Origin: Chiloscyllium plagiosum
Lineage: Eukaryota
Length of the DNA stretch: 64,000 nt
Direction: 5' to 3'
Assembly: GCF_004010195.1 (NCBI RefSeq)
Contig: NC_057752.1
Coordinates: 7,076,099-7,140,098, forward strand
Each line of letters begins with the position of its first letter. The first letter of the stretch is position 1. Of the stretch, positions 27,979 to 40,692 are shown piece after piece. The notes beneath the pieces are model-generated. The model did not search any database. It had not been told where the DNA came from and worked only from the letters and a program-made list of their open reading frames with translations. A program made the translations under genes and the position numbers.

Positions 27979-28410
27979 ATCAGATTCCATTCTCTGTTGA
28001 GATTTCTCAGATTAGTGATCTCAATGATGCTGACAACAGTTTCATACAGAACCGGGCTATTCTGTTTGGAATTAAACTCCATGACCCTAGCCTATATTTA
28101 AAAGATGCTGATATCAGCTTCTCTTGGGATTTTGGAGATGGAAGTGGTACCCTAATCTCCCGGGTCCCCACAGTGACGCACACGTACCTTTCAACAGGAG
28201 CATTCAAACCACAAGTATTCCTACAGGCTGCCATCCCATCAACTGTGTGTAGCACAGCCAACCCGACTATTGGGAATTCAACTCCAATGATCTCAACTAT
28301 AACCTCTGACCCCTCATCACCTCTGTCTCTCATAGGATCTTCTGTTGTGACCTCTGATCTGATTGTATCCTCAGTAACTAGTGAGCCTACTACACAGGAG
28401 GTTGCTACAG
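27979..28410 (+). CDS. PMEL: PMEL exon 6 (PKD domain + S/T-rich linker)
   Basis: [11 protein letters not shown]...LHDPSLYL...[16 protein letters not shown]...VTHTYL; AG/GT, phase 1-1. Confidence 0.97.
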
Positions 28411-30626
28411 GTAGGAGCAATCCAGGGTAATAAACAGTAGGACCAAACTGACATGGTTCATAGTTCACTCTTAGCTGCAAAAAGTAAACATGAAAACTGA
28501 GTAAAGGAAACAGTAATCTGGGTTTCTGTTATGTCAGTTCTGAAAGGCCCATATTCAAACTCTTCATGGGAAAAGTATGAATAAAAACTTGCATTTATAT
28601 AGCACCCTCAATGTCTTAAAACTTCCTAAGGCACTTCATATTAGTGTTATCAAACAAGTTGATGCCAAGCCACTGGGAAAACAACTAAACAGTTGGTCAA
28701 AGGTTTCAAAGAGCAGCTTGCAGGAAATAAGGGGTTAAGAGAGGTTGGGGGGAAGAATTTCACTGCTAAGGAGTAAATCACGATCATTAGTGAGGTGAAA
28801 ATTGGGTATGCATAAGAGCACAGAGATCTTGAAGTCTTATAAGACTGGAAGAAATTATAGAGATAGGGTGGGATAAGACCCTGGATTTGAAAGCAAGGAT
28901 AGGACTTTTAAAATTTTAGGTTTTACTGGACTGGCAGCCAATGTAAATAAACCAGCATGGGGTGATGAGTGAACAAGACTTAGCATGAGTTAAGATAGGG
29001 GCAACAGAGGTTTGAATTAACTCAAGTTTATGAAGGATTGCAGACTTGGCAGGAAAGCATTAGAAATAGTTGATTTTGGAGGTAACCATGATATGGATGA
29101 AAATTTCAGCAGCAGATGAGCTAAGGCTGGGGCAGACATGAGTAGTGTTATAGATGTAGAAGTAACAGGTGGTCTTGGTGATGGATTAGATATAGGGAAT
29201 TTATCTTCTAGAATATTGAAGCATTAGCTTTATTTATCTCCAAAACTAGAAATACCACTAAGTGAGAAGGAATTTCTTCTCTCCAAGGGTCACTGGTCTT
29301 TGGAATTCTCTTTTCACATAGTGTGCTGGAGGTTGGGTCATTGAATGAGTTAGACAGATTTTTGATCAACGAGGGAATAAAGGGTTATGGAGGACAGGCA
29401 GGAAAGCAGAGTTAAGGCTACTATCAGATTATTCATGATCTTTTTGAATGGAGAAGCAACCTCAAGGGGCCAAATGGTTTACTCTTGTTCCTATTTAAAT
29501 TGTTTGGAGGCACAATCAAAGTCATAAGGTCAAACTATTGTGCAACATGTTTGTGTAAGGGTGCAGTTTATTGTCTCAGCAACGGTGATCTGTTTCTGGG
29601 TTTTAAATATATATAGCTATCTTTTTTACTGGTTAAATATTGTAATGTGATGTAGCCAAACTCAGTCCTGTTCGAATCAAGCTATTTTTGTTGAGGTTCT
29701 CCCATTCACTGATACAGTAACCAACGTTTTTGATGGCAAGGAAAGCACTCTAGTAACATTATATCACAATGATTGCAAATAAAGTCTTTCAACCAGTGGA
29801 AGCACAATTTGAATGTGATTTGTCAAAATTTGTCTGCCTGTCTTTCTTTTCCTTCTCCTTCCAAATAAAAGTAAATGGACAGTTTTAGTTCACTGCACAC
29901 TAGGTAGCTTGGTTAGGGAACTGGCCTGCTGAAATACGTTTAAATAACTAGTAATTTGAGGTAATTTCCAAACAACACATTGACTGAGAACACTAGCACA
30001 GCATTAATTTTGCTGGATGAGTAATTGAGAAGGCTGGATTTATGATCCAGAGACAGGAGTTCAGTTACCAAATCAGCAACTGGTGAACTTAAGTCCAGTC
30101 AATAAATAAACCCAGAATTAGAAAGCTAGTATTCACGATCGTGAAACTACTGGATTGTTGTGAAATCCATGTGGTTCACTGAAGTTCTTTAGGGAAAGAA
30201 ATTTGCTGACCTCACCTGGCTTGACCAACATGTGACTCAGACCCACAGTAATGTGGTAATGTCCACTGTGATGGCTGAGCAAGCCACTCTGTTTGGAGCA
30301 ATTATGGATGGATAATGAATGCCAGTCTTGCCAGTGATGCCCACATCCTGTGGATAAATAACAAAAAGCTTGACTACTAAAGAAAGGCGTTATTTGATGT
30401 GAAAAACTCTATCTATACTAAATATGGATATTAAAAGCTTTATTTCTTCAATAATTTTCTGTCAATATTCGTACAACCTAGTTTTTTAAAAGGATTGAAT
30501 TTAGAATATTAGCAAGTTAAGGTATGTTTATTGAATACTCAAGTTAAATTGAAATTCAAAATTTGCTTTCTACTACATCTGACAAATAATTTGGACTTTA
30601 GAACTATGTTTTAATCTTTTTCATAG

Positions 30627-31274
30627 GAAATACAGCTCCTCCTCAGCCACCAACAGTTGAACCTGTTGCTGTATCAACTCTACTGCCTGATTCCCCAGTA
30701 CCGCCTTCTGAGCAGCAGACAATCATAATATTCCCCAGTTCTCCAGGAGATCCTATTCCAGTTCCTTCATCTACCATCAGTCCTGTAACCCTTGACTCTG
30801 ATGATGCAATAAATGCAGCAATCACTGTCTCAGAACAAGCTATAAATGTAGCAACCCCTGTCTCTGATGAAGCTATAAATGCGGCAACCCCTGTCTCTGA
30901 TGATGCAAGCAATGCAGCAACCCCTGTCTCTGGTGACGCAATAAATGCAGCAACCCCTATCTCTGATGATGCAATTAATGCAGCAATCGCTATCTCAGAA
31001 CAAGCTATAAATGCAACAACCCCTGCCTCTGATGAAGCTATAAATGCGGCAACCCTTGTCTCCGATGATGCAATAAATGCAGCAACCCCTGTCTCTGATG
31101 ACGCAATAAATGCAGCAATCGCTGACTCAGAACAAGCTATAAATGCGGCAACCCCTGTCACTGATGAAGCTATAAATGCGGCAACTCCTGTCACTGATGA
31201 AGCTATAAACTCAACAACCCCTCCCTCTGATGAAGACATAACTGCAGCAATCACTGTTTCAGACCAATCAACCA
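30627..31274 (+). CDS. PMEL: PMEL exon 7 (RPT domain, 14 x 11-aa repeat)
   Basis: tttttcatag| acceptor, 648-nt open frame without an ATG start (missed by the ORF track), |gtaagt donor; phase 1-1. Confidence 0.9.
30797..31258 (+). repeat. 33-bp coding minisatellite, 14 units, consensus SD(D/E)AINAATPV
   Basis: Units read directly from the sequence, e.g. tctgatgaagctataaatgcggcaacccctgtc. Confidence 0.95.
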
Positions 31275-31653
31275 GTAAGTCTTACACTATTTTTGGAGAT
31301 ATTTAATTGCTTAGAAAACCTAAAATGCAAATTCTTGAGTAAATCTGAATCTCATGCTCCACTGAGCAATATTAACCAACTGATGTAAATCAATATCATA
31401 AATTTGTTGAAATTATGTTTTTGTATAGTCCAATCATACTGTGTGATATAACTGGAAACTGGAAATTTGGAGATCTGAATTTACTGCAACTTAGGGTTTC
31501 TTTCTTAATCCATATTGAAAATACTTGCAGTATTGTTTTATACTCTTGAAATACTCTGAAATCTTCAACAACATAATCACAACATGTAAATGCCTGAAGG
31601 CAATTGCCATGTCATCAATTTACCAGCTGTGTTTTTCATAATTGAATCTACAG

Positions 31654-31809
31654 CTCTATCTGCCACAATGCCGATTCCAGAGAGTGAGACAACTACGATG
31701 GACACAAATGAAGGACTGATAGTGGTGAAACGACAGGTTATTGAGGATCCAGCAGATAACTGCCTTATCTACCGCTATGGCACCTTCAGTACCACTGTCA
31801 ATATTGTCC
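31654..31809 (+). CDS. PMEL: PMEL exon 8 (KR proprotein-convertase site)
   Basis: ...LIVVKRQVIEDPADNCLIYRYGTFSTTVNIV; KR at 31728-31733; |gtgagt donor. Confidence 0.95.
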
Positions 31810-32440
31810 GTGAGTGAGATCAAGACATTCAAATAGATATCTCCACTAATAAGTAGATATTGCTTCAACCAAAATTAACTCCTAACAGCTTCCAAGACTG
31901 TTCAATGTTAAATTCTAAACAATGTGAAGTACCATATTACTTTGAAATGTACACAAATGGCTCAGGGAGGCATTCTCTTTCATGCTCCTTACGGGACAGC
32001 ACCTAGACTCTGGTTACCTCCCATCAAACTGGCTACCATTGGGAGGGTGCAGAGCCACACCCATAATCAGTTGAAAGGTCAACTCTTTCTTTTTCCATTG
32101 ATGTTGCCTGACCTGCTGAGCATTTCCAGCATTTACTGTTTTACTTCAGATTTCCAGTGAATTATATATTTTGCATTTGTCATACCCTTTTGTTGTCATG
32201 CTAATAGTGTTTTGGTGCACCACAGCACTTCGCCTTCAGACTACCTATGATTACCTGGCTTGTATTTGGAGAATTTCTGGTATAATGGTTAGTAATGACC
32301 ATTGTTCAAAACAGTCTTCAATGTAAATTCCAAGCAAACTTTGACAGTTTTTGAAGCAATAAAACTTTGAACTTTGAAAAGAAACAAACAGCAATATCAC
32401 TTTGCTATGTTATTTTTAAAACTGGCATTAAGTAACAGCT

Positions 32441-32547
32441 GAAACTTTATTGCTGGAACAGCACAGCAGGTCAGGCAGCATCCAGGGTGCTGTTCCAGCA
32501 ATAAAGTTTCAACTTTGATCTCCAGCATCTGCAGACCTCACTTTCTC
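32441..32547 (+). mobile_element. Penelope-derived 107-bp insert with perfect 15-bp TSD
   Basis: cattaagtaacagct at 32426-32440 and 32548-32562; 24-bp internal inverted repeat. Confidence 0.8.
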
Positions 32548-35156
32548 CATTAAGTAACAGCTACAAAGCTTTTGCATTAAAATAAACAGTGCAATACATT
32601 CAATAAATCAAACTGTGATAAGTCAATTGTGTTTGTGCCCCCTGGATCCCACTTCAATATGCAATTGCATTGAAGGGTCAGATCAGCCTAAATGGTTGCA
32701 AAACAATAATAGAGCTAGCTTCAGGATAAGGCATTTCAAAAATTTGAGCAATAGGTGGCAGTAGTAACATGAGTAGTGGTCACCACTGATAGGGTGCTGT
32801 TGTCAAACCAAGAAGACGTTCTATCTATCACACAAATGAGTAATGTGGTCGATGTATTTCAGTGTTGGTGTGATGCTAGGTATGTAGAGCATATGTCCCA
32901 AAGATTGACAGATCATATCAAACAGCATGTCCCTCTCCACAACAGGCAAGATACTGACCAAACCCAACCAGCCTGCACTTGTAAAACTCACAACATAGTG
33001 TTCAACAATAGATATGATTCTGTGATTGGATAACATTTACTAAACAATCCTGAATATTTAATAATTATACTGACAATTAATTTGAGATTGTCAGTCAGCC
33101 TGCAGTGTGGTACACTTCTACGTACTGGAAGATATGTCTATTAATATACAAGGTCCTGTACTTTGCAGACAGAAGACAGAAGTAACATGTGCACACATTG
33201 TGTTAAAGTACCTATTCGAGACGGCTCAGGGAATCCCTGATGGACTTGACCTATGGCCTCTCTTGGTTCGTCCCGCAGATCATACTCTGTGATAGTCTGG
33301 AATATAAACCTCTTAAAAACAGTTTAGTTTAAATTATTACCTTTATTTACCAATGGCATCTATGTTATTACACAATAACATAGATACCTACAAGCCAGGT
33401 TTGAGCTAAGGTTCTAAAACAATGAGCAGAGTAGTGGCTCTTGCCCCTAAGAGCTCGCTCAGGCTACTCCCCTTATTGCTGCAAACAAACTGGCTTTATA
33501 CAGAAATTGGTATTAAAATTACAAAAACACCACATGTCCTTCATCAGATAAGCAGCAATAAAATGGCAAAAGTTTGCAGAGGAAGAGAAACGCATTGACA
33601 GTTGTGTGTACACTTGCCTATTTAAGCTACATGCACATCAAAGTGGGAAACCTTGATCTAGCCAGGCCCAAATGGCTGATTGCTTTGGCGAGATAACCTT
33701 CCCTTTTAACAGTACATCATAACGAAGGATTAGTCTAAACTATGTGGAAAGGTCATGGGGCCACCTCGCTCAGCTGACATGTCCAGTATCATTGTCCTAC
33801 AAAATGGCTGTTTCTTTTAAAATCATCTTAGATTCCCAGAATGCAACTTAAATTCATAACATTCCCAGATCTCGAGCTCCAGGGGACAACACTCAAACAT
33901 TTAATCCATCACAAGCCAGTGTTCACTCAAATCAGACAACAAAGAGTTAATCTTTCCACCAGCTTCTGTCCTGGTCTCTTCTCTCTCTCTGTGTGTCCTT
34001 TGAACCCTTCAGTCAGTGAATGCAATTTACAGAAGCATTTTTTTCTCTCTCGTTCTCACGTATGAACATCTTCCAACTTTCTTGCTATGTCAGGTTCAGC
34101 CTTTGTGTTTTCCTAGCCTGTAAGGGTAGTGAGACATTCACTTCCCAGAACAGTCAAGATGAGGGAGCTGAGCTTCATAAATTCAAATCTGCTCAGTGTG
34201 GTAGACATGAAAATGTATCAGTATTGTTCCATTACGTGCATATTCCACTCAGCTTATTAAATTACAAGTTCTTTTCCTATTGAGTATGAGTTTTGTTAAG
34301 AGTCTTCGATATAACCAAATGTTTAGTTATCCAACCTCCCACTGTGAAATATGCGCGCTTCCAGTCCCCGGCATGAGAAGGAAGTCCTGCCACACATTCC
34401 ACAAGTGAACAAATGTTACCACCTTATTAACTCCGATCCATTGACACTAAGAACAGATGTCCCCAATTGTTCTGAACAAATGCACCCCCCCCCTTCCCTT
34501 GTAGTCAGGCACTTTCCCATATTTCCTTAGCAGATGTGTACCATGTAAGGCTACAAGCTTTCTCAATTGCTCCTGTTTTTAAGAAAATAAGTGACAACCA
34601 TTCTCTGGATCATTGCCTAGGTCAATGTTTTGGCCAATGACAGCCTGCATGGTTTAAATTTAAATAAACCTTGGTGGTTAACTGTCAACCATCACCTAAC
34701 TTGTACATTGTCAATGGAAATACCTCTACCAATCACAATCCACTTGCCAACCAATCATCAAGCTTGTTATACAGCATAATATATCATTCCCCTTTACAAT
34801 GGCATTCTTGATGAGTACAAATGAGCACAGGGCAAAAATAACTTCAAACAAATGTCTTTTTCATTCTTATTTTTTGTCCTACCAAATGAGTATTAACAGA
34901 ACTTTCAATGGATTATGTCAATAAAGGCTTTGCATCAATGTTATAATCTCAAACTTATGTTTGTGCTATTTCCCTCGTTCTACTGCTGGTTTTACCAGGT
35001 GATCCTTACACTCAAACCTATCACTATAGCCAAGATTAATTGGATTTTTTACCCCTGTACTGTGAGACAAATCGTATCCCAGGGATCTTATTGGAAAAGA
35101 TGCTGGGATAGGCTATTGCTGGCTTAATGGTTCGTTTTGTGTTTTCTTTCTTTCAG

Positions 35157-35262
35157 AGGGCATTGAAAGTGTGGAAATTGTGCAAATATCAAACGTGGTG
35201 CCAGGATCAGTGGCAGAGATGCAGCAAAATGCTGTGGATTTCACGGTGACTTGTCAGGGAAG
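35157..35262 (+). CDS. PMEL: PMEL exon 9
   Basis: QGIESVEIVQISNVVPGSVAEMQQNAVDFTVTCQG; phase 1-2. Confidence 0.95.
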
Positions 35263-35392
35263 GTATGGTATATGAGTTTTGATTTTAATTATTATTTAAT
35301 ATGAACTATTCGATCTGAGATGTAGCTTTACGTCAAGAGCAAGAAAGCAATTACAAGAAGGCAACAAATGAAAGATTTAAATGAAACATTTA

Positions 35393-35755
35393 TGGACGGC
35401 ACGGCGACTTAGTGGTTAGCACTGCTGCCTTACAGCGCCAGGCACTGGGGTTTGATTCCACCTTCGGGTGACTAAATGTGTGGAGTTTGCACATTCTCCC
35501 TGGGTCTGCATTGGTTTCCTCCAGGTGCTCTGGTCTCCTCCCACAGTCCAAAGATGTGCAGGTTAGGTGGATTGGCCATGCTAAATTGCCCATAGTGTGC
35601 AGAAATGTGCAGAATAAAGGGATTAGCCCTGGGAAATGCAGGGTTACAGAGATCGGGTAGGAGTTGGGTCTGGGTGGGATGCTCTTTGGAGGGTCAGTGT
35701 GGACTTAATGGGCCAAACAGCCTACTCTCACACAGCAGGAATTCTATGATTTTAT
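35393..35755 (+). mobile_element. V-SINE (HE1-like)
   Basis: Same body as 6537-6892. Confidence 0.85.
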
Positions 35756-36067
35756 GATTAAAGCCAACCTATTAATTGGCTCGGAGAAACAATTAACTTT
35801 AAATGTACTTCGCATTTGTCGTACCTTTTCCTTGTCACACTTGTGGTGTTACATCAAAGCACATCTTCAGACTACCTATAATTACTTGGCTTTCATGTGG
35901 AGAATTTTTTGATGTGATTGCGAGCAATGGCCATTGTCCAAAATACTTCTTCAATGTAGACTCTGAGCAAAATTTGACAGTTTTTGAAGCAATAAAACAC
36001 TGCTTCTAATTGTAATTCTGTCACTACCCCAACTTGAAAAACCAGTAGTATGATTTTTGATATTTTA

Positions 36068-36405
36068 GAATTGGAATCCCTACGGTGTGGAAAAAGGCCC
36101 TTCCGCCCAACAAGTCCACACCAACCGTCTGAAGATTAACCCACCCAGACCCATTCCCCTATTACTCCACATTTACCCCTGACTAATGCACCTAACCTGC
36201 ACATCCCTCAACACTATGGACAACTTAGCATGACCAATTCACCTAACCTGCACATCTTTGGACTGTGGGAGGAAACTGGAGCACCCCCACACAGACACGG
36301 GGAGAATATGCAAACTCCACACAGACAGTTGCCTCAGGCTGGAATCAAACCCAGGTCCCTGGTGCTGTGAGGCAGCAGTGCTTACCACTGAGCCACCATG
36401 CCGCC
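36068..36405 (-). mobile_element. V-SINE (HE1-like)
   Basis: Reverse complement of the 6537 family. Confidence 0.85.
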
Positions 36406-36499
36406 TGAACAAATGTTAGCAAAATTTCCATTTTTGCATTTGGGCATATTGATGGATCCCAACAGCTTTTCTTCACACCTGCATCCTGACCAAGGATGT

Positions 36500-36812
36500 G
36501 TGTACAAAATTAAAAATCACAGAACACCAGGTTATAGTCCATTGTTCCGTTGTCTTTCCCTTAGGCATCTGTTGATGAAACTGCGGGTGTATCAGCTTTT
36601 GGCGAATACATTGTATAGGTGTTCTTCATCCTCTTTTTGCAGTTCTGGTGTACTGCAGTGTGTTATTTGGAAGCACACTAGCTTTCAGAGCTTTTATCAG
36701 GTGGTCAGTGACGCTCCGAAAGCTAGTGTGCTTCCAATTAAACCTGTTGGACTATAACCTGGTGTTGTGTGATTTTTAACTTTGTACACCCCAGTCCAAC
36801 ACCGGCATCTTC
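36500..36812. mobile_element. Penelope-derived insert (second family) with inverted termini
   Basis: ttaaaaatcaca..acaccaggttatagtcc / ggactataacctggtgttgtgtgatttttaa inverted pair; flanking direct repeat aaggatgtgtgt. Confidence 0.65.
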
Positions 36813-37002
36813 AAAGGATGTGTGTGGTATTGATGGGGAAAACTGATCCTGTCAAACTTTCCCAATCTAACTCTCAGCGGATCACTTGAGGTATTCTGAC
36901 AGTTGTGTTTAATGTCTGTTCTTGTGGTGCCATTATATTATAGTGAAGCAACAGGTGCAGGAAAAGAAGGTACAATTTTAAATGCTGTAATTTGTTTTCC
37001 AG

Positions 37003-37208
37003 CTTCCCGAGTGAGATCTGCACTGTTGTCTTGGATGCAGACTGCATAAATCCTCAGCAAACTGATTGTAGTGAAGTACTGCCTGCTGATGAATGTCAGC
37101 TTATCCTTCGCCAATTTTTCAACTCCTCTGGAACTTATTGCGTAAATGTCTCGATGACAAATGCAGTCAGCTTGGCTGTTGCTAGTGCCCGTGTTGATGT
37201 GAACCCAA
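37003..37208 (+). CDS. PMEL: PMEL exon 10 (kringle-like domain)
   Basis: FPSEICTVVLDADC...ECQLILRQFFNSSGTYCVNVSMTNAVSLAVAS; phase 2-1. Confidence 0.96.
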
Positions 37209-37574
37209 GTAAGTCCATCCAAAATGAGTGAATATAATGAAACCCCTGGGGGACATGGGAATAGCTGATGCAGTCTACCTTGAACATGATTATTTAGGAT
37301 GCATCTTTTATCGCTCCAGTGCATGAATGATCAAAATAGCAATATGAGAACTTACTGGGTTTGTACTATTAAAACCATGAAGTGAAGACCAGTTGTAGTT
37401 ATCAAGTGAAGTGGGATCAGAGGCCAGGGCAATAACTAAACCAGACTGCACAAATGTGAGTTGCACTGTGATTTCATTGCATTTCACACCGTTGAAATTG
37501 AGAAATTAGTCACTACAGGTCTACATGCTCCAATCATATGGTTACACATTTTATGTACCTTTCTTCGACTCCGG

Positions 37575-38129
37575 GAATTTGTGTTGCAGACGTTTCATCC
37601 CCTGTCTAGGTGACATCCTCAGTGCTCAGGAGCCTCCTGTGAAGCGCTTCTGTGATCTTTCCTCCAGCATTTGTAGTGCTTTGAATCTGCCGCTTCCGGT
37701 TGTCAGTTCCAGCCGTCCGTTGCAGTGGTCGGTATATTGGGTCCAGATCGATGTGTTTATTGATTGAATCTGTGGATGAGTGCCATGCCTCCAGGAATTC
37801 CCTGGCTGTTCTCTGTTTGGCTTGTCCTATAATAGTAGTGTTGTTCCAGTCGAATTCATGTTGCTTGTCATCTGCGTGTGTGGCTACTAAGGATAGCTGG
37901 TTGTGTCGTTTCGTGGCTAGTTGGCGTTCATGGATACGGATCGTTAGCTGTCTTCCTGTTTGTTCGATGTAGTGTTTTGTGCAGTCCTTGCATGGGATTT
38001 TGTACACTACATTGGTTTTGCTGGGTGTCGGGTCCTTCGTTCTGGTGAGTTGTTGTCTGAGAGTGGCTGTTGGTTTGATGAGGCATGGCACTCATCCACG
38101 GATTCAATCAATAAGCACATCGACCTGGA
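37575..38129 (-). mobile_element. Penelope-like element GIY-YIG fragment
   Basis: NVVYKIPCKDCTKHYIEQTGRQLTIRIHER...AREFLEAWH. Confidence 0.85.
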
Positions 38130-38162
38130 NNNNNNNNNNNNNNNNNNNNNNNNNNNNNNNNN
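38130..38162. other. Assembly gap (33 N)
   Basis: Run of n. Confidence 1.
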
Positions 38163-39680
38163 GCCTTTGTAACCAGTGCGTCCACATGAAGAGTCCAAGA
38201 AAGCTTGTTGTGGATGACCACTCCCAGGAGCTTGACACTCTCCACTCGTTCCACCTCTGTGCTGTTAATGTGTAGGGGGGCATGAGTAACATCCCACCGA
38301 AAGTCAATAGTGAGTTCCTTGGTTTTGCTGGCATTGAGAGCTAGGTTGTTGTCAGTATACCATTTTTCCAGGTCTTTCACCTCCTGTCTGTAGTCTGTTT
38401 CGTCACCATCTGAGATTCGACCGACTATGGTGGTGTCATCAGCGAATTTGTAAATGGCATTAGTCCGGTATTTGGCGACGCAGTCATGGGTAGACAGTGA
38501 GTACAGTAAGGGACTGAGTACGCACCCTGGGGGGCTCCAGTGTTGAGTGTTAATGAGGATGAAATATTGTGCCCAGTCTTCACTGATTGTGGCCTGTGGG
38601 TGAGGAAACTGATGATCCAGTTACAGAGAGTGTGGCGTGGTCCGAGATCGCTAAGTTTAGCAATCAGTCTCGAGGGGATAATAGTGTTGAAGACTGAACT
38701 GTAGTCAATGAGTAGGATCCTTACGTAGCTGTTCTTGGTGTCAAGATGTTTTAGAGAGGAGTGAAGTGCAAGTGATATGGCATCTGATGTGGATCTGTTG
38801 GTCTGATAGGCAAATTGGAGTGGGTCAAGTGTAGTGGGGAGGCTGGAATTGATTATTGCCATGACCAGCCTTTCAAAGCACTTCATGACCATCGAAGTTA
38901 GGGCCACTGGGCGGTTGTCATTGAGACAAGCTGCAAGAGCTTTCTTAGGTACAGGGATGATGTTGACCCTCTTGAAACAGGCAGGGACAGTAGCCTGCTG
39001 CAGGGAGAGGTTGCAGATGTCCGAGAAGACCTCTGTCAGTTGATCTGCACATGCTCTGAGTGCACGACCTGGTACTCCGTCTGGTCCCATCGCTTTCCTT
39101 GGATTCACAGGAAGGAAAACTGATCTGACCTCTGATGCAGTGACTGTTGAGATAGGTTCATCAGGACATGTCGGAATAGGTGTTATCTCTCCACTGAAAT
39201 TCTGCTCAAAGTGAGCATAGAAGGCGTTGAGACTATCTGGGAGGGATATGTTATCATCTGCTATCTTGCACTGTCTCTTTTTAGAACCTGTTATGTCATT
39301 CAGTCCTTGCCATGGTTGCCGGGTGTCTTTCTGGGTCTCTAGTTTGGATCGATATTGGTCCTTGGTTGTCTTAATGGTTCTGCGAAGGTCACACTTGGAT
39401 TTCTTTTAATTGAGTGGGTCTCCTTTTCTGAAGGCCTCACTCCTGGTTTTTAGCAGGTTCTGTATGTCCTGATTCATCCAGGGTTTCCTGTTGGGGAACA
39501 CCAGGATTGACTTCCTTGGTATACAGTCCTCCCCACACTTGCTGATGAAGTCTGTGACAGTGGTGGTGTACACGTCCAAGGTACCTGTGGACTGTTTGAA
39601 CATGGCCCAATCAGCTGATTCTAGACAGCACCGGAGTTGATCCTCTGCCTCCTCTGACCAGCACTGGACCTGTATCCGTA
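38163..39680 (-). mobile_element. Rex1/Babar-type LINE RT region
   Basis: KAMGPDGVPGRALRACADQL...RPVALTSMVMKCFERLV...LDPLQFAY...GAPQG; FPNRKPWMN. Confidence 0.85.
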
Positions 39681-40598
39681 TTGAATTGCAGATTTCCACT
39701 GTAAACTCATATTTCCATGTTTATGATGGAAAACCAAATTACACTACTGCCAGTGGTGGTGCTGCAACATTTCCAGTGCAAGTGAGGTGCAATTACAAGA
39801 TGACTATTTTACTTGGGTAGTTTCCATCAGAAATATGCAAATTAAAGTTCATAAATGAAACAATTGACTGTAAGTGCAGGCAGAGATAAGATTTTTGAAA
39901 ATACTTTACAGATATTTGCTTATCCACCTTCCAAATCCACAGCCACTTCCATCAAGAAGGACAAAGATAGCAGATAAATGGGAACAATACCCTCTGTAAG
40001 TTCTCCTCCAGGCCCCTCGCCATCCTGACTTAGAAACATATCACTGTTCCTTCAACGTCACTGGGCCAAAATCCTGGAACTCCCTCCCTAACAGCATTGT
40101 GGGTCTGCCTACACCATAAGTACTGTAGGAATCCGTGAAGACTGCTCACCACCACTTACTTAAAGGCAATAGAGTCAATGAACACTAAATTCTGGCCAAG
40201 CCCAGCAGCACCCATATCCCAAGAAGAAACATTAACAAAACAATTGTTTCAGTTTTGCCTTTTTATTCCATCAAAATTCATGGTAAAGAATGTTCAGGTT
40301 TGATTTCTATGTGGCTTTTCATTTGTACTGAATATGTAATTTCATCTGATTTGAACAGATAGCTTGGAAAAGCAGAGCAAGTAGTTTTAACTTCATTCGG
40401 AATGCATCAAAACTTTATCAAATTAAGCCTTTGTGTGGAACATGCTTAAACTGACTGTAGCCAAATTGTTGGTCTATTTCACCTCACTGGTCACATTTTC
40501 AACATTCCATTTTTGTTTGAAGACTGTCATCAATGTTCTGTGCATTGATTAACTAAATTGCTGTAATTTTGAACGACTTAAAGAGACTTTTCTCTCAG

Positions 40599-40692
40599 TT
40601 GCAGATGGGACACCTAATACAACTGAAGCCTTGGTAATTGTTGGGATGTTGCTCATTGCAAGTACCATTGCAGTTGTAGCCATTACCTACAG
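40599..40692 (+). CDS. PMEL: PMEL exon 11 (transmembrane helix; alternative in-frame acceptor at 40605)
   Basis: GTPNTTEALVIVGMLLIASTIAVVAITYR; |gttagt donor; phase 1-2. Confidence 0.92.

Noticed and set aside
30643..31254. 203-aa minus-strand ORF with AAFIASSETGV repeats
   Set aside because: Antisense shadow of the PMEL RPT exon; the + frame has proper splice sites and phases.
30797..31258. 33-bp periodic array as a CRISPR-like locus
   Set aside because: No unique spacers, no cas genes, eukaryotic context; it is a coding minisatellite.
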